Of a DNA stretch of 22,423 bases, positions 7,012-14,890 are shown piece after piece. The notes under the pieces were generated by a model that worked only from the letters and a program-made list of their open reading frames with translations, did not search any database and was not told where the DNA came from. Position 1 is the first letter of the stretch; the number at the start of each line of letters is the position of its first letter. Both the position numbers and the translations under genes were made by a program. The DNA comes from a virus: IMG/VR virus record IMGVR_UViG_3300002219_000051, positions 1-22,423 of that record. The stretch is one strand, 5' to 3'.

Positions 7012-9172
7012 CTCTCTCCGCCTCCATCGTGTCCTTCAACCTGATCCCAATCCAGCACCGCGCACCTCCGCGCTTGGCGTCCTGCACCTGCCGCTCCCGG
7101 AGGTACTTAGCTATCGTCCGGGCTGCCACTGACAGCTCTCCCTCCTCCTTGCACCACTCAGTATAGATCCGGTACAGGGCTGACCGATCAATAGATCCGA
7201 GCGGGTCGAACACCATCTCATCCGCGAGGAACCGCCCGAAGACGTCGCTCTCCCGCCGATACGCTCGCGTCGCCGCAACAATCTTCGCCGCAGGCTGGAG
7301 CCGGTGCCCCTGAGCGTGGTACTGCCGGAGCCCGTCGAGCATCCAGTTAAGGATACCTTGCTTCTCCTGGAGGAGTTTCTCGGTGATCTGCGGGTCGCGC
7401 TGCTCCTCGGCGATCTGCACCTCGAAGGGGATCAGCCAGATCCGCCGCCAGATACCGTCATCCGTCCCGCGTATCTTCGGCGCGTGGTTCGTGGCGAACC
7501 AGATCTTCGCGCTCGGCGTGAACTCGAATTCGTTTTCGTATTTCCTCGCGACGGTGATCTTGTCATCAAACCCGGTCAACTGCTTGACCGCGCCCTCATC
7601 GAGCGCCGCGCCCTCTCCGCCTTCTGCGGAGGTGACGAGCCGCGCCCCCATGAGCCGCGCGAGGTCGGAGCGGATCGTGTCATTCCTTTTGACCATGAGG
7701 CTCTCGGCGGCGATATTGACCGCATAATCGCCGAGCACCTCGGAGAGCACCCGCAGCGTCACGCTCTTGCCGTTCTTGCCCCGCCCGAGGAGGATGAACA
7801 TCACCTGCTCCGGGTTGCCGTCGAGCAGTGAGTATCCAGCCATTTGCTGGAACCCGCTGATAACCTCGACATCGCCCCCGAAGATCAGATCGAGGTGCGC
7901 GAGCCACGCAGGGCAGGTCGCACTCGGATCGTAGTCCACGCCGCAGCACTTCGTGAGCAGATCCTCCCTCTTTGCCGCGCGGAACGTCAGGGTATCGAGT
8001 TCCAGCGTCCCGTTCTGGCAGTTTAACAGCGTCGGATGAGCATCGAACTCCTCCGGCGTCACCGCCACCGCAGGGCAGGCGCAGGTCGTCATCGCCTTGA
8101 GCCGCGCCAGCATCCCCGACGCCAGCGCCCATTTGCCTACTTTCTCCCGCCTGTCGTCGCTGACCGTCGATGCCTCGATGTGGATGGTGCGGGCGACTCG
8201 CTTCGCCAGCGCGAGCATCCGGCAGGTCTCGTCGCGCCCCCACCGGATACCGTCCCAGAGGAACCACGCATCGAACGTCTTGCAGTAGCGCACCGAGTCC
8301 TTATACTGCGCCACGAGCCGATCCCCGTTCCCGTCGTCCGTGCAGGCGAACTCCTGCGTTGTCATCGGCGGGGTCGGGTCCGGCAGCGCCACTCCGACCG
8401 GGATCGCGTACTGCATCGTCCGGGCGTCGCGATACTGCACCCCTGCATCCGCGATAGCCCTCTGCTGCTGCTCCGCCGCGATAACGTCGGGGTGCTGGAG
8501 CATGACCTTCAGGAGTGCCTTCGCTTCGGCCTCGGTGAGGGTGTTGTCGTCTGGGATGGGTTCGGGGTAGAACTTGCTCCACGTCCGGATTTGAGAGAGT
8601 ACGTGGGTCCACTTCCAGCCGTCCACGGCGCGGAGTCGAGAGGGGGTAGGATCTACGTGAGAATCCGATTCACCCGTCTCCCCTGCGCCCGCCTGATCGC
8701 CCTGCGACTCTGCTCCATCAGACAGTGCATCTTCACCGACATGCTGCGTATCCCGCAGTTGATCCACATCTGCCCCGCCCGGAACCGCGTCCGGTAACTG
8801 TATGGATTCTTGCGCCACTGCGGGCGCTTCGCTCTGTTCACCATCGCATTTCTCCGATAAACCATATGTCGCTGTACCAAAAATTTCCTTCCACAGCGCT
8901 TCCATCAGGCTCGCCCCGATCCGGGCGGCCTTGCCTGCATCGAACGCCGCCTGCACCTCCGCAGGCCACCGGCCCGCGATGAGCACCTCGACGCCATCCG
9001 CCGCCCGTCGCTCCTTCGGCGGCATCCAGTCCGTCTTGAGCGGGATATACAGGTTGTCACCGAGGGAGATCGCAGCCCCGTACCATGCGGATACTTGACC
9101 CTGATCTAATGTCGCGAGTCCGGCGCGGAACGATGTCGCACCGGACGGTATTGCTAGAACGATTGAACTCAT
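6977..9172 (-). CDS. P4/D5-family SF3 helicase (phage/plasmid primase P4 C-terminal type) with unrecognised N-terminal region
   Basis: D5_N TDDGNGDRL...WFLWDGIRW, LLNCQNGTLEL; Walker A GRGKNGKS; RLVTSAE; FATNHAP; GIWRRI; C-terminal wHTH-like ALYRIYTEWC. Start 9172 chosen from ATGA overlap and GGAGG SD. Confidence 0.92.
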   Translation of the reverse strand: MSSIVLAIPSGATSFRAGLATLDQGQVSAWYGAAISLGDNLYIPLKTDWMPPKERRAADGVEVLIAGRWPAEVQAAFDAGKAARIGASLMEALWKEIFGTATYGLSEKCDGEQSEAPAVAQESIQLPDAVPGGADVDQLRDTQHVGEDALSDGAESQGDQAGAGETGESDSHVDPTPSRLRAVDGWKWTHVLSQIRTWSKFYPEPIPDDNTLTEAEAKALLKVMLQHPDVIAAEQQQRAIADAGVQYRDARTMQYAIPVGVALPDPTPPMTTQEFACTDDGNGDRLVAQYKDSVRYCKTFDAWFLWDGIRWGRDETCRMLALAKRVARTIHIEASTVSDDRREKVGKWALASGMLARLKAMTTCACPAVAVTPEEFDAHPTLLNCQNGTLELDTLTFRAAKREDLLTKCCGVDYDPSATCPAWLAHLDLIFGGDVEVISGFQQMAGYSLLDGNPEQVMFILLGRGKNGKSVTLRVLSEVLGDYAVNIAAESLMVKRNDTIRSDLARLMGARLVTSAEGGEGAALDEGAVKQLTGFDDKITVARKYENEFEFTPSAKIWFATNHAPKIRGTDDGIWRRIWLIPFEVQIAEEQRDPQITEKLLQEKQGILNWMLDGLRQYHAQGHRLQPAAKIVAATRAYRRESDVFGRFLADEMVFDPLGSIDRSALYRIYTEWCKEEGELSVAARTIAKYLRERQVQDAKRGGARCWIGIRLKDTMEAERDAAAGSAQAGL

Positions 9173-9360
9173 AAGCCCGCCTCCTTCGCGTATTTCTCGA
9201 CGTGCAGGCACCTCTCGCGGAGCACGGCGATATTCTCACAGGGAATCCCGGTGGGAGACCACTGCCGACAGTACCATTGCACTCCCTTGCCGTGCCGGTC
9301 GTCGTAGGTCGGCCACCGGCAGCCGAGGCAGTAGGGGGGCGGGGAGATGTGAGGAGCCAC
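9169..9360 (-). CDS. Cys-rich hypothetical protein (63 aa)
   Basis: CLGC...YC...PC...RC; GTG start with GAGGTG SD; coupled to the helicase start. Confidence 0.7.
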   Translation of the reverse strand: MAPHISPPPYCLGCRWPTYDDRHGKGVQWYCRQWSPTGIPCENIAVLRERCLHVEKYAKEAGL

Positions 9361-9361
9361 A

Positions 9362-9742
9362 CTACCACCTCAAAATCTGCGCTTCGATACCGTCTGCGGG
9401 GATCTTGTGCATCCCCGAGAGCACCCGGCAGAGCGCTTCCCCGGTCGGCGGCTCGATGCCGTCAAGCCGGGCGATCCCATCGAGCAGATCCCATCGGCGC
9501 ACCTCCCCAGGAGCCTCGATGCCTCCAGGGTAGATCGTGATCGGGATCGCTGCCTTCAACACCACATACGGCACCCGAAACGACCATTTCGAGTGATATG
9601 GGCGACCGCTCCAGCCGTGGAATGACACCAGATCACCCGGGCCGAACTTCCGGCCAACCCTGATCGTCTGCCGGATCGTGCCATCGAGCACCCCGGCGAT
9701 CTTCGGCGCGTAGGTGAGCGGGATATTCCATTTCCGCGTCAT
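9362..9742 (-). CDS. ASCH/PUA-like domain protein
   Basis: GTIRQTIRVG (GxKxxTxR-like) followed by GDLVSFHGW. Confidence 0.7.
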   Translation of the reverse strand: MTRKWNIPLTYAPKIAGVLDGTIRQTIRVGRKFGPGDLVSFHGWSGRPYHSKWSFRVPYVVLKAAIPITIYPGGIEAPGEVRRWDLLDGIARLDGIEPPTGEALCRVLSGMHKIPADGIEAQILRW

Positions 9743-9837
9743 GCGAGCACCGCCGCCGCCATCAGCCAGAGCAACCCGAGCCCCGCCGACACGATGCCGA
9801 GGAGGAATCCGACGAGGAACCAGAGGGAGCGGATCAT
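9739..9837 (-). CDS. 32-aa hydrophobic peptide
   Basis: Own translation MIRSLWFLVGFLLGIVSAGLGLLWLMAAAVLA; ATGA overlaps at both ends exactly fill the gap between MTase and ASCH genes. Confidence 0.7.
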   Translation of the reverse strand: MIRSLWFLVGFLLGIVSAGLGLLWLMAAAVLA

Positions 9838-10856
9838 GTCATCGCCCCCGTCTCGATCGCCGCGATCGCCGCGAAGATCGGATACGCCTGCTGCGGGACG
9901 ACCGCATTCCCGAGCACCATAAGTCGGTCCACCCGTCGGGAAATCCCTGCAGCCACTCGACCCACCGAGGGTTCAACGAGCCAGAGGTTCCCGAGCGGAT
10001 CAGCGCTCCAGGTATCGAATCCCGCCCTCGCTGCGAGGGCGGCAGCGTGGCGTTCTTCCCGTCCTGAGCACAGGGGGTCGGGACCAGTTGAGCGACGCCG
10101 GCGAGCGATAGGCGCGGTTTCGTGTGATCCCCTCGATCGTAGGTGTAGGTATGCCCCCTCGCATCCGTGACTGTCGGTGTCGGCATCATCCGGTTCGCCG
10201 TCACATAGTCCGGACGACGAGGATCCGATCCTGCAAACCGTGCCTGATTCAGATCGCCCAGTGTCCTCATTGACGCGCTCGGAGTCGGATACCCTTGAAC
10301 CGCAGTCTGTAGGTTCATCCCCCCGTCCCCGTGCTCTCCCGGCCCCGTGTGACAGTTGGCGTGTGGAGTGGGCCACAATGAAGACCCGATCTCTCTGGTG
10401 CGGGGCACCGACCCCCGCAGCCGGAAATACGAACGGCCTGCAGGAGTAACCTTCACGCTCCAGATCAGCACACACATCGTCGAGTGCCATGCTGACGAAC
10501 CCAGCAACATTCTCTCCAACGACCCAAGCGGGCCGGGCGAGCCGCACCACGCGGAGCATTTCCGGCCAGAGATGGCGGTCATCCCCCGAGCCCTGGCGCT
10601 TCCCGGCAACACTGAACGGCTGGCACGGGAATCCGCCGGAGATAACGGTCGGCCGTGCAATACCTGCTCTCCCGAGAGCGTCTTCTGTGACATCCTTAAT
10701 ACCCCTCCATCGCGGCAGACGCCCGAAGCGCCGCCGCAGCACCCGAAAAGGGTAATCAGCCATCTCCACCTGTCCGACGGTGCGGAACCCGGCCCACTCG
10801 GCGGCGAGGTCCAGCCCGCCGATGCCGGAGAAGAGCGAGAGGTGCGTCAGCGTCAC
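9834..10856 (-). CDS. DNA (cytosine-5)-methyltransferase, alpha polypeptide
   Basis: Motif I SLFSGIGG, IV GGFPCQPFS, VI GENV, VIII PHQRDRVF, X LGNAVVPQ; no motif IX in this frame; GTG start overlaps the upstream TGA. Confidence 0.93.
   Translation of the reverse strand: MTLTHLSLFSGIGGLDLAAEWAGFRTVGQVEMADYPFRVLRRRFGRLPRWRGIKDVTEDALGRAGIARPTVISGGFPCQPFSVAGKRQGSGDDRHLWPEMLRVVRLARPAWVVGENVAGFVSMALDDVCADLEREGYSCRPFVFPAAGVGAPHQRDRVFIVAHSTRQLSHGAGRARGRGDEPTDCGSRVSDSERVNEDTGRSESGTVCRIGSSSSGLCDGEPDDADTDSHGCEGAYLHLRSRGSHETAPIARRRRSTGPDPLCSGREERHAAALAARAGFDTWSADPLGNLWLVEPSVGRVAAGISRRVDRLMVLGNAVVPQQAYPIFAAIAAIETGAMT
9839..10693 (-). CDS. Overprinted C5-methyltransferase beta polypeptide (alternative frame)
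   Basis: 284-aa ORF nested in the MTase gene in another frame; four xPTP repeats; LNPRWVEWLQGFPDGWT resembles motif IX; GGAGG ~10 nt upstream of its ATG. Confidence 0.75.
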   Translation of the reverse strand: MSQKTLSGEQVLHGRPLSPADSRASRSVLPGSARARGMTAISGRKCSAWCGSPGPLGSLERMLLGSSAWHSTMCVLIWSVKVTPAGRSYFRLRGSVPRTREIGSSLWPTPHANCHTGPGEHGDGGMNLQTAVQGYPTPSASMRTLGDLNQARFAGSDPRRPDYVTANRMMPTPTVTDARGHTYTYDRGDHTKPRLSLAGVAQLVPTPCAQDGKNATLPPSQRGRDSIPGALIRSGTSGSLNPRWVEWLQGFPDGWTDLWCSGMRSSRSRRIRSSRRSRRSRRGR

Positions 10857-11269
10857 GCCCGCACCCCCACCCACGCGGGCACCGGGTCCGGCAGCATCTC
10901 CGAGATCACGGCCTCGCGCCAGTGGTCGCCCGGATCGCCGGTGACAGTCCTCGCAACCCCGGCGAGCCCGACACGCGAGCACGAGAAGACTCTGCCCGGG
11001 AAGCACGGAGCCCAGAGGGTCACGCCCTTCCGCGCTCCATCGGCGTCGGGGTTGGATAGCCGCGCCCGGCCATAGTTCTCGTTGGAGAGGAGCCCGAACT
11101 GCCGCCCGATAGGGATCGACTCCGCTCGCTCCTGGAGCAGGGCAGAGACGTCCGGGATCGGCAGCGTGAACACATACTCGATGGTCCCGTCCCAGATCGC
11201 CAGCCTGACCGCATCCTCGCCGGGAGTCGCCTGCCCGCAGTTTAAGAACGTGGAATCACCTCTCGGCAT
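10853..11269 (-). CDS. Hypothetical protein (~138 aa)
   Basis: In operon, GTGA overlap with the MTase; start uncertain. Confidence 0.65.
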   Translation of the reverse strand: MPRGDSTFLNCGQATPGEDAVRLAIWDGTIEYVFTLPIPDVSALLQERAESIPIGRQFGLLSNENYGRARLSNPDADGARKGVTLWAPCFPGRVFSCSRVGLAGVARTVTGDPGDHWREAVISEMLPDPVPAWVGVRA

Positions 11270-11415
11270 CCCCAGACCTTGCATCCGGTGCAGTACCAAT
11301 TGCGGTAGCGATACTCACCAGACGGATCGGCGTCTGTCGGCGTGTGGTTCTCTCGGTAATCAGTCCGGATTATCCCGTCCGACTTCATCGGAGATCCGCA
11401 CCTCCGGCAGTTCAT
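11242..11415 (-). CDS. Zinc-ribbon protein (57 aa)
   Basis: CRRCG...YCTGC; ATGA overlap. Confidence 0.7.
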   Translation of the reverse strand: MNCRRCGSPMKSDGIIRTDYRENHTPTDADPSGEYRYRNWYCTGCKVWGCREVIPRS

Positions 11416-11843
11416 CGGCACCGCCTCCGGATCGGGCAGGACTTCCCCGGCGGGCACCGTGCTCCGGCGTGGCCACAGATATCTACATATCTGTTGATGA
11501 TCCTCTCCATCGAGGAAGTGTAGTGCGGGCAGACACGCAGCACGTCAGGCGGGGGGATGCTCTCGGGCGTCACCAGAGGTAGGATAATCTCGATGCCCCG
11601 GACGTATGCCCTGTCCCTCTCCTGCAGCGCCGCGTGGCTGGAGATAAAGTGCGGGAGGAGGAGCATCGCGTCGCTGAGAGGGTCGAGCCTGTCGATGAGG
11701 GCTATACTGTTCTCGCCAGTCCCACCCATAGATATGGGGGATACAATAGGTTCCCACCCCGCAGCGCGAGCGGCTCGGGTCGTCTCGGCAATGATGCAGA
11801 GGTCATCGGGACGGGGGGCAGCGATCCAGAGTATCCGGCTCAT
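11412..11843 (-). CDS. DUF4406/deoxyribosyltransferase-like Rossmannoid protein with Cys-rich tail
   Basis: RILWIAAP...GWEPIVSP...DAMLLLPHFISSHAALQERDRAYVRGIEII follows the family pattern as recalled; C-terminal C/H cluster. Confidence 0.55.
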   Translation of the reverse strand: MSRILWIAAPRPDDLCIIAETTRAARAAGWEPIVSPISMGGTGENSIALIDRLDPLSDAMLLLPHFISSHAALQERDRAYVRGIEIILPLVTPESIPPPDVLRVCPHYTSSMERIINRYVDICGHAGARCPPGKSCPIRRRCR

Positions 11844-12022
11844 GGAGTCGCCCCCGCAGGCCACATAAACATGCGCTCGTAGCGCGAGCAGCCCTCGGTA
11901 TCAATCATGCCGAGCGGGCACTCCAGCCCCACCACATCGCCATTACGGGCGCAGAAATCGACCGAGAGGATTCTGATGGGGGCCCATATCGAGTGATGCT
12001 TGCAGCCGATGCAGGAGGTCAT
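11840..12022 (-). CDS. Cys-rich hypothetical protein (60 aa)
   Basis: CIGCKH...FC...EC...GCSRY; ATGA overlaps. Confidence 0.7.
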   Translation of the reverse strand: MTSCIGCKHHSIWAPIRILSVDFCARNGDVVGLECPLGMIDTEGCSRYERMFMWPAGATP

Positions 12023-12387
12023 ACCCTCACCTTACCCCGAGCCTCGCGCCCGGCTCTGAGTGCTCTCTGCACACCCGGCGGTCGTCGGGGGATCTTGTGT
12101 AGGGAGATCGTCTTAGAGGCCGTGGCGTGGGTGCAACCGACCAGGGCGGCGATCTCGATGATGGAGAGACACTCGACGAGGTATTTCTGCTCAACCCATG
12201 CCTTGTCCTTGAGTTCGGGAAAGGTCTTGCGCGGGGATTGATTCTTCTTCCGCCGGTTCTCGCGCTCGACGGTGTTCGTGCATTCCGCGCACCGCGCCTG
12301 TCTCCCTCCGGGGCGGTTGGCTGCCCGGTGGAACTCCTCCACGGGCTTGACCTTGCCGCAGAGGGAGCACCGTTTCGTCTCGATCAT
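12019..12387 (-). CDS. Zinc finger + HTH DNA-binding protein
   Basis: CSLCGKVKPVEEF...RCAEC, then DKAWVEQKYLVECLSIIEIAALVGCTHATASKTI. Confidence 0.75.
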   Translation of the reverse strand: MIETKRCSLCGKVKPVEEFHRAANRPGGRQARCAECTNTVERENRRKKNQSPRKTFPELKDKAWVEQKYLVECLSIIEIAALVGCTHATASKTISLHKIPRRPPGVQRALRAGREARGKVRV

Positions 12388-12569
12388 CCCGTCACCTCCA
12401 GACAGGAGTCGTCGATCCAGGTGATCCCCTTACTGAGGGGGAACTCGACGAGGCACTGCCCTGTGATGGGGTAGTGCTTCCGGATCACTCCCTCCATACC
12501 TCTGAAAGCGGAGGGGGCGTGGACCCTGACCTGTGCCCGGGGCACAAGGGGGTCGATGATAGGGGTCAC
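12384..12569 (-). CDS. Small KOW/SH3-like protein
   Basis: QVRVHAPSAFRGMEGVI...CLVEF pattern; coupled at both ends. Confidence 0.6.
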   Translation of the reverse strand: MTPIIDPLVPRAQVRVHAPSAFRGMEGVIRKHYPITGQCLVEFPLSKGITWIDDSCLEVTG

Positions 12570-13555
12570 GCGATCACCCGCCGGAGATCCTTGATTGCAT
12601 AGACATGAGCGGGGCCGGATTCAGCATCTCCGAACTCGACCGACGCATAAGTCTTCTTGCCGTTGACGTACCTGACGGTGCCGACCTGCTCGGGGGCGGT
12701 TGCCAGGATGACTTGATCTCCGGGGGCGATCTCGCTTCCCTCGACGGCTGCCGGGGCGGGGCTCTGCTTGCGCAGATAGTACCATCTCGCCTTGATCGCG
12801 CCGTCGGTGCGGGCCGACTCAGGATACTCCTCCCGGTAGAGAGGTACGGACGCGGCCGCGCTCTCCGCTCGTCGGAGAAGATCGTTCTCAGCCAGTAGCC
12901 AGCCGCCGCGAGATGGGGTCGTGGTGTAGGTGTGCTCCTCGTCCGGGGTGGGGGCCGGGAACTCCGGCTCTGACTCCTCCGCGTCGCCGCCGGACGTCTG
13001 AGGATCCCGGGGGGCGAGCACGTAGTCAGACCGTGGGACCTGGTCGGCCACCTCGGCCGCCATGTCACGGTCCCCGTAGGGGTCCTGTGTGAGGCTGACA
13101 AACTCCGGTAGATCATCCCCCCAAGCCCAAGCAAGGTCCTGCTCTATCCGCTCGCTCTCCGCAGACAATTCATCCTTGACGGGGCAGAGGATCGCGTTGT
13201 CGTCGAGGTGCGGGCACTCCCACTCGTAGGGATAGGTGCACGGCTCGACATCGTCCTCATGCTCGGACCGCTCGTCGTAATACACACACTGGCCGCCCTC
13301 CTGCTCAGCCTCGCAGGCCTCTCGGAGGAGGGCGGTCGCCCGCATCGCGGAGCAGCCGTCCTTGACCGGACAGAGGATCTCGGGGTCGTCCAAGTGCGGG
13401 CAGGCACGATCATAGGGATACGTGCAGTGATCTCTCTGATCGGGGTCGTAATACACACACACCCCGCTCTCCTGCGCCCGGATGAGGACGGGCTTCCGCT
13501 CCGTCGAGTGATTGACTAGCGCCCGGATCTCTTCGGGAGTACCAGTGATGATCAT
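12566..13555 (-). CDS. Multidomain protein: duplicated Cys/His motif, Myb/SANT-like segment, KOW/SH3-like tail
   Basis: Two copies of CVYYD...CTYPY..CPHLDD..ILCPVKD; WLLAENDLL...YPESARTDGAIKARWYYLRK; IAPGDQVI...GTVRYV. Confidence 0.75.
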   Translation of the reverse strand: MIITGTPEEIRALVNHSTERKPVLIRAQESGVCVYYDPDQRDHCTYPYDRACPHLDDPEILCPVKDGCSAMRATALLREACEAEQEGGQCVYYDERSEHEDDVEPCTYPYEWECPHLDDNAILCPVKDELSAESERIEQDLAWAWGDDLPEFVSLTQDPYGDRDMAAEVADQVPRSDYVLAPRDPQTSGGDAEESEPEFPAPTPDEEHTYTTTPSRGGWLLAENDLLRRAESAAASVPLYREEYPESARTDGAIKARWYYLRKQSPAPAAVEGSEIAPGDQVILATAPEQVGTVRYVNGKKTYASVEFGDAESGPAHVYAIKDLRRVIA

Positions 13556-14019
13556 TCTGCTCCCCCCATGCAAAGTTTACAAAGCGTTTTGCCCTGGAAG
13601 AGCTGCGAGAGTTTCGCCTGCGACTTCGGGACAGGGCCTCCGCACTTCTCACAGATCTCCTCCCCCGGTGCAGCGGGCGCGGGAAGTGGTGCAGTAGCAG
13701 CGGGTTGTGGTGCGGGTTTCGCCGGTTCCGGGGCCGGTTGTGGTGCAGGAGCCTTCGCGGGCTCCGGGGCGGGCGTCCCGACATCCGGCACCTTATCGAG
13801 CGGCGTCGAGGTGATCGAGGAGACCACCTGCCGCACCGTGAGCCGGTCGGCGTCGGACGCGGAGTTGGTGTATTTGAGGAGTTTGCGGGAGAAGATCACG
13901 ACTGCATCGTCACAGTCCCGCTCGGTCTCGATGTGGCCGGAGACGGAGAGCGTCACGGTGCTGCCGTTCGCCATCGGCACCGAAGCGCCGAGGATGATCT
14001 CGCTCGGGGTGAAGGTCAT
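13552..14019 (-). CDS. Hypothetical protein with Pro/Ala linker and C-terminal zinc finger
   Basis: PAPEPAK/PAPQPA repeats; CEKCG...LCKLC. Confidence 0.75.
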   Translation of the reverse strand: MTFTPSEIILGASVPMANGSTVTLSVSGHIETERDCDDAVVIFSRKLLKYTNSASDADRLTVRQVVSSITSTPLDKVPDVGTPAPEPAKAPAPQPAPEPAKPAPQPAATAPLPAPAAPGEEICEKCGGPVPKSQAKLSQLFQGKTLCKLCMGGAE

Positions 14020-14312
14020 TCCTGCACCCCCACCGGGGCCACAGCAACGCAGCCCGGTGAGATATCCCCGAACCGTGCCTCGCCATCGAGCCCGATCAGG
14101 AGCAGGTGCACCCGGTCGCCGCGCTCGATGCTGCCGACCTCGACATCATCGTAGCCGCACGCCTTGAGCGCCTGGAGCGCCTGGATGACGACATCGATCC
14201 GATACTCCCCGACACGGTGCGGAGTGTCGTTGGCCTCAAATGCGGCGATGTAGAACGCACCCGGAGGGGTCGCGGAGTCTGCGAAGGTGCCGCAGGGGAG
14301 CGCGGGGATCAT
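14016..14312 (-). CDS. Hypothetical protein (98 aa)
   Basis: ATGA overlaps both sides; GAGGTG SD. Confidence 0.75.
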   Translation of the reverse strand: MIPALPCGTFADSATPPGAFYIAAFEANDTPHRVGEYRIDVVIQALQALKACGYDDVEVGSIERGDRVHLLLIGLDGEARFGDISPGCVAVAPVGVQE

Positions 14313-14705
14313 GGTGACACCTCCGGGCGCTCATACTCGACACTGACACCGGTCTCTTTGACCTCGACCTCGCAGCAGTCATCGAGCGCGGCCTTGCCGA
14401 GCAGAGCCTCCGCCTTGCCGATGGCGACGGTGCAACACTCGATAAATGCCTCCGCACCGTGACGGGCGAAGAAGAGTTTCGGGATGACGGTGCGAGCCTT
14501 GCGGGTCCGGATCTTGAGGCAGTAGTTGCCCTGCTTGCTGATGTTGGCGGGCATCTTCGTAGTGTTCGATCTGGCGCTTGAGTTCCAGGACATCGGGCCG
14601 CCCGTCGAACTCCTTCTGTAGCGCGGCGAGAGCCTCGCGGTATTCATCTGCCTTGATTCGAGCCATGAATGCAGATTCGAGGAGATAAGGGGTTTCGGCG
14701 ATCAT
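14309..14705 (-). pseudogene. Frameshifted or two-part hypothetical gene
   Basis: The frame from ATG 14705 looks protein-like to IEHYED and then degenerates. A +1 frame (ATG 14554) continues protein-like (PANISKQGNYCLKIRTRK...VEYERPEVSP) to the coupled stop at 14309. Confidence 0.55.
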
Positions 14706-14890
14706 TCCGCATCTCCCCGTGCATTGAGTTCCGCGACCAGAGCCTCGACCCGATCATAGTTATCCGAATACATGCCGTGATATTCGACGTTGCCGCCGTG
14801 CAGGGGCTCAGATAGATCCTTCTGCCGACCGGCGATGTACATCATCCGACTGTTGATGTCCTGGCTCAGGATGCGCCACGGTCCCGACAT
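14702..14890 (-). CDS. Small hypothetical protein, PLHGGNVEY family (paralogue of 19873-20055)
   Basis: Shared WR..SQ.I..R..YIAGR......PLHGGNVEY...Y......VEA.VAELNA pattern. Confidence 0.8.
   Translation of the reverse strand: MSGPWRILSQDINSRMMYIAGRQKDLSEPLHGGNVEYHGMYSDNYDRVEALVAELNARGDAE

Noticed and set aside
13690-13780. Tandem DNA repeats
   Set aside because: Explained by the PAPEPAK/PAPQPA protein linker.
14379-14705. 108-aa ORF as given in the track
   Set aside because: The C-terminal half looks like out-of-frame translation; reinterpreted as a frameshifted gene 14309-14705.
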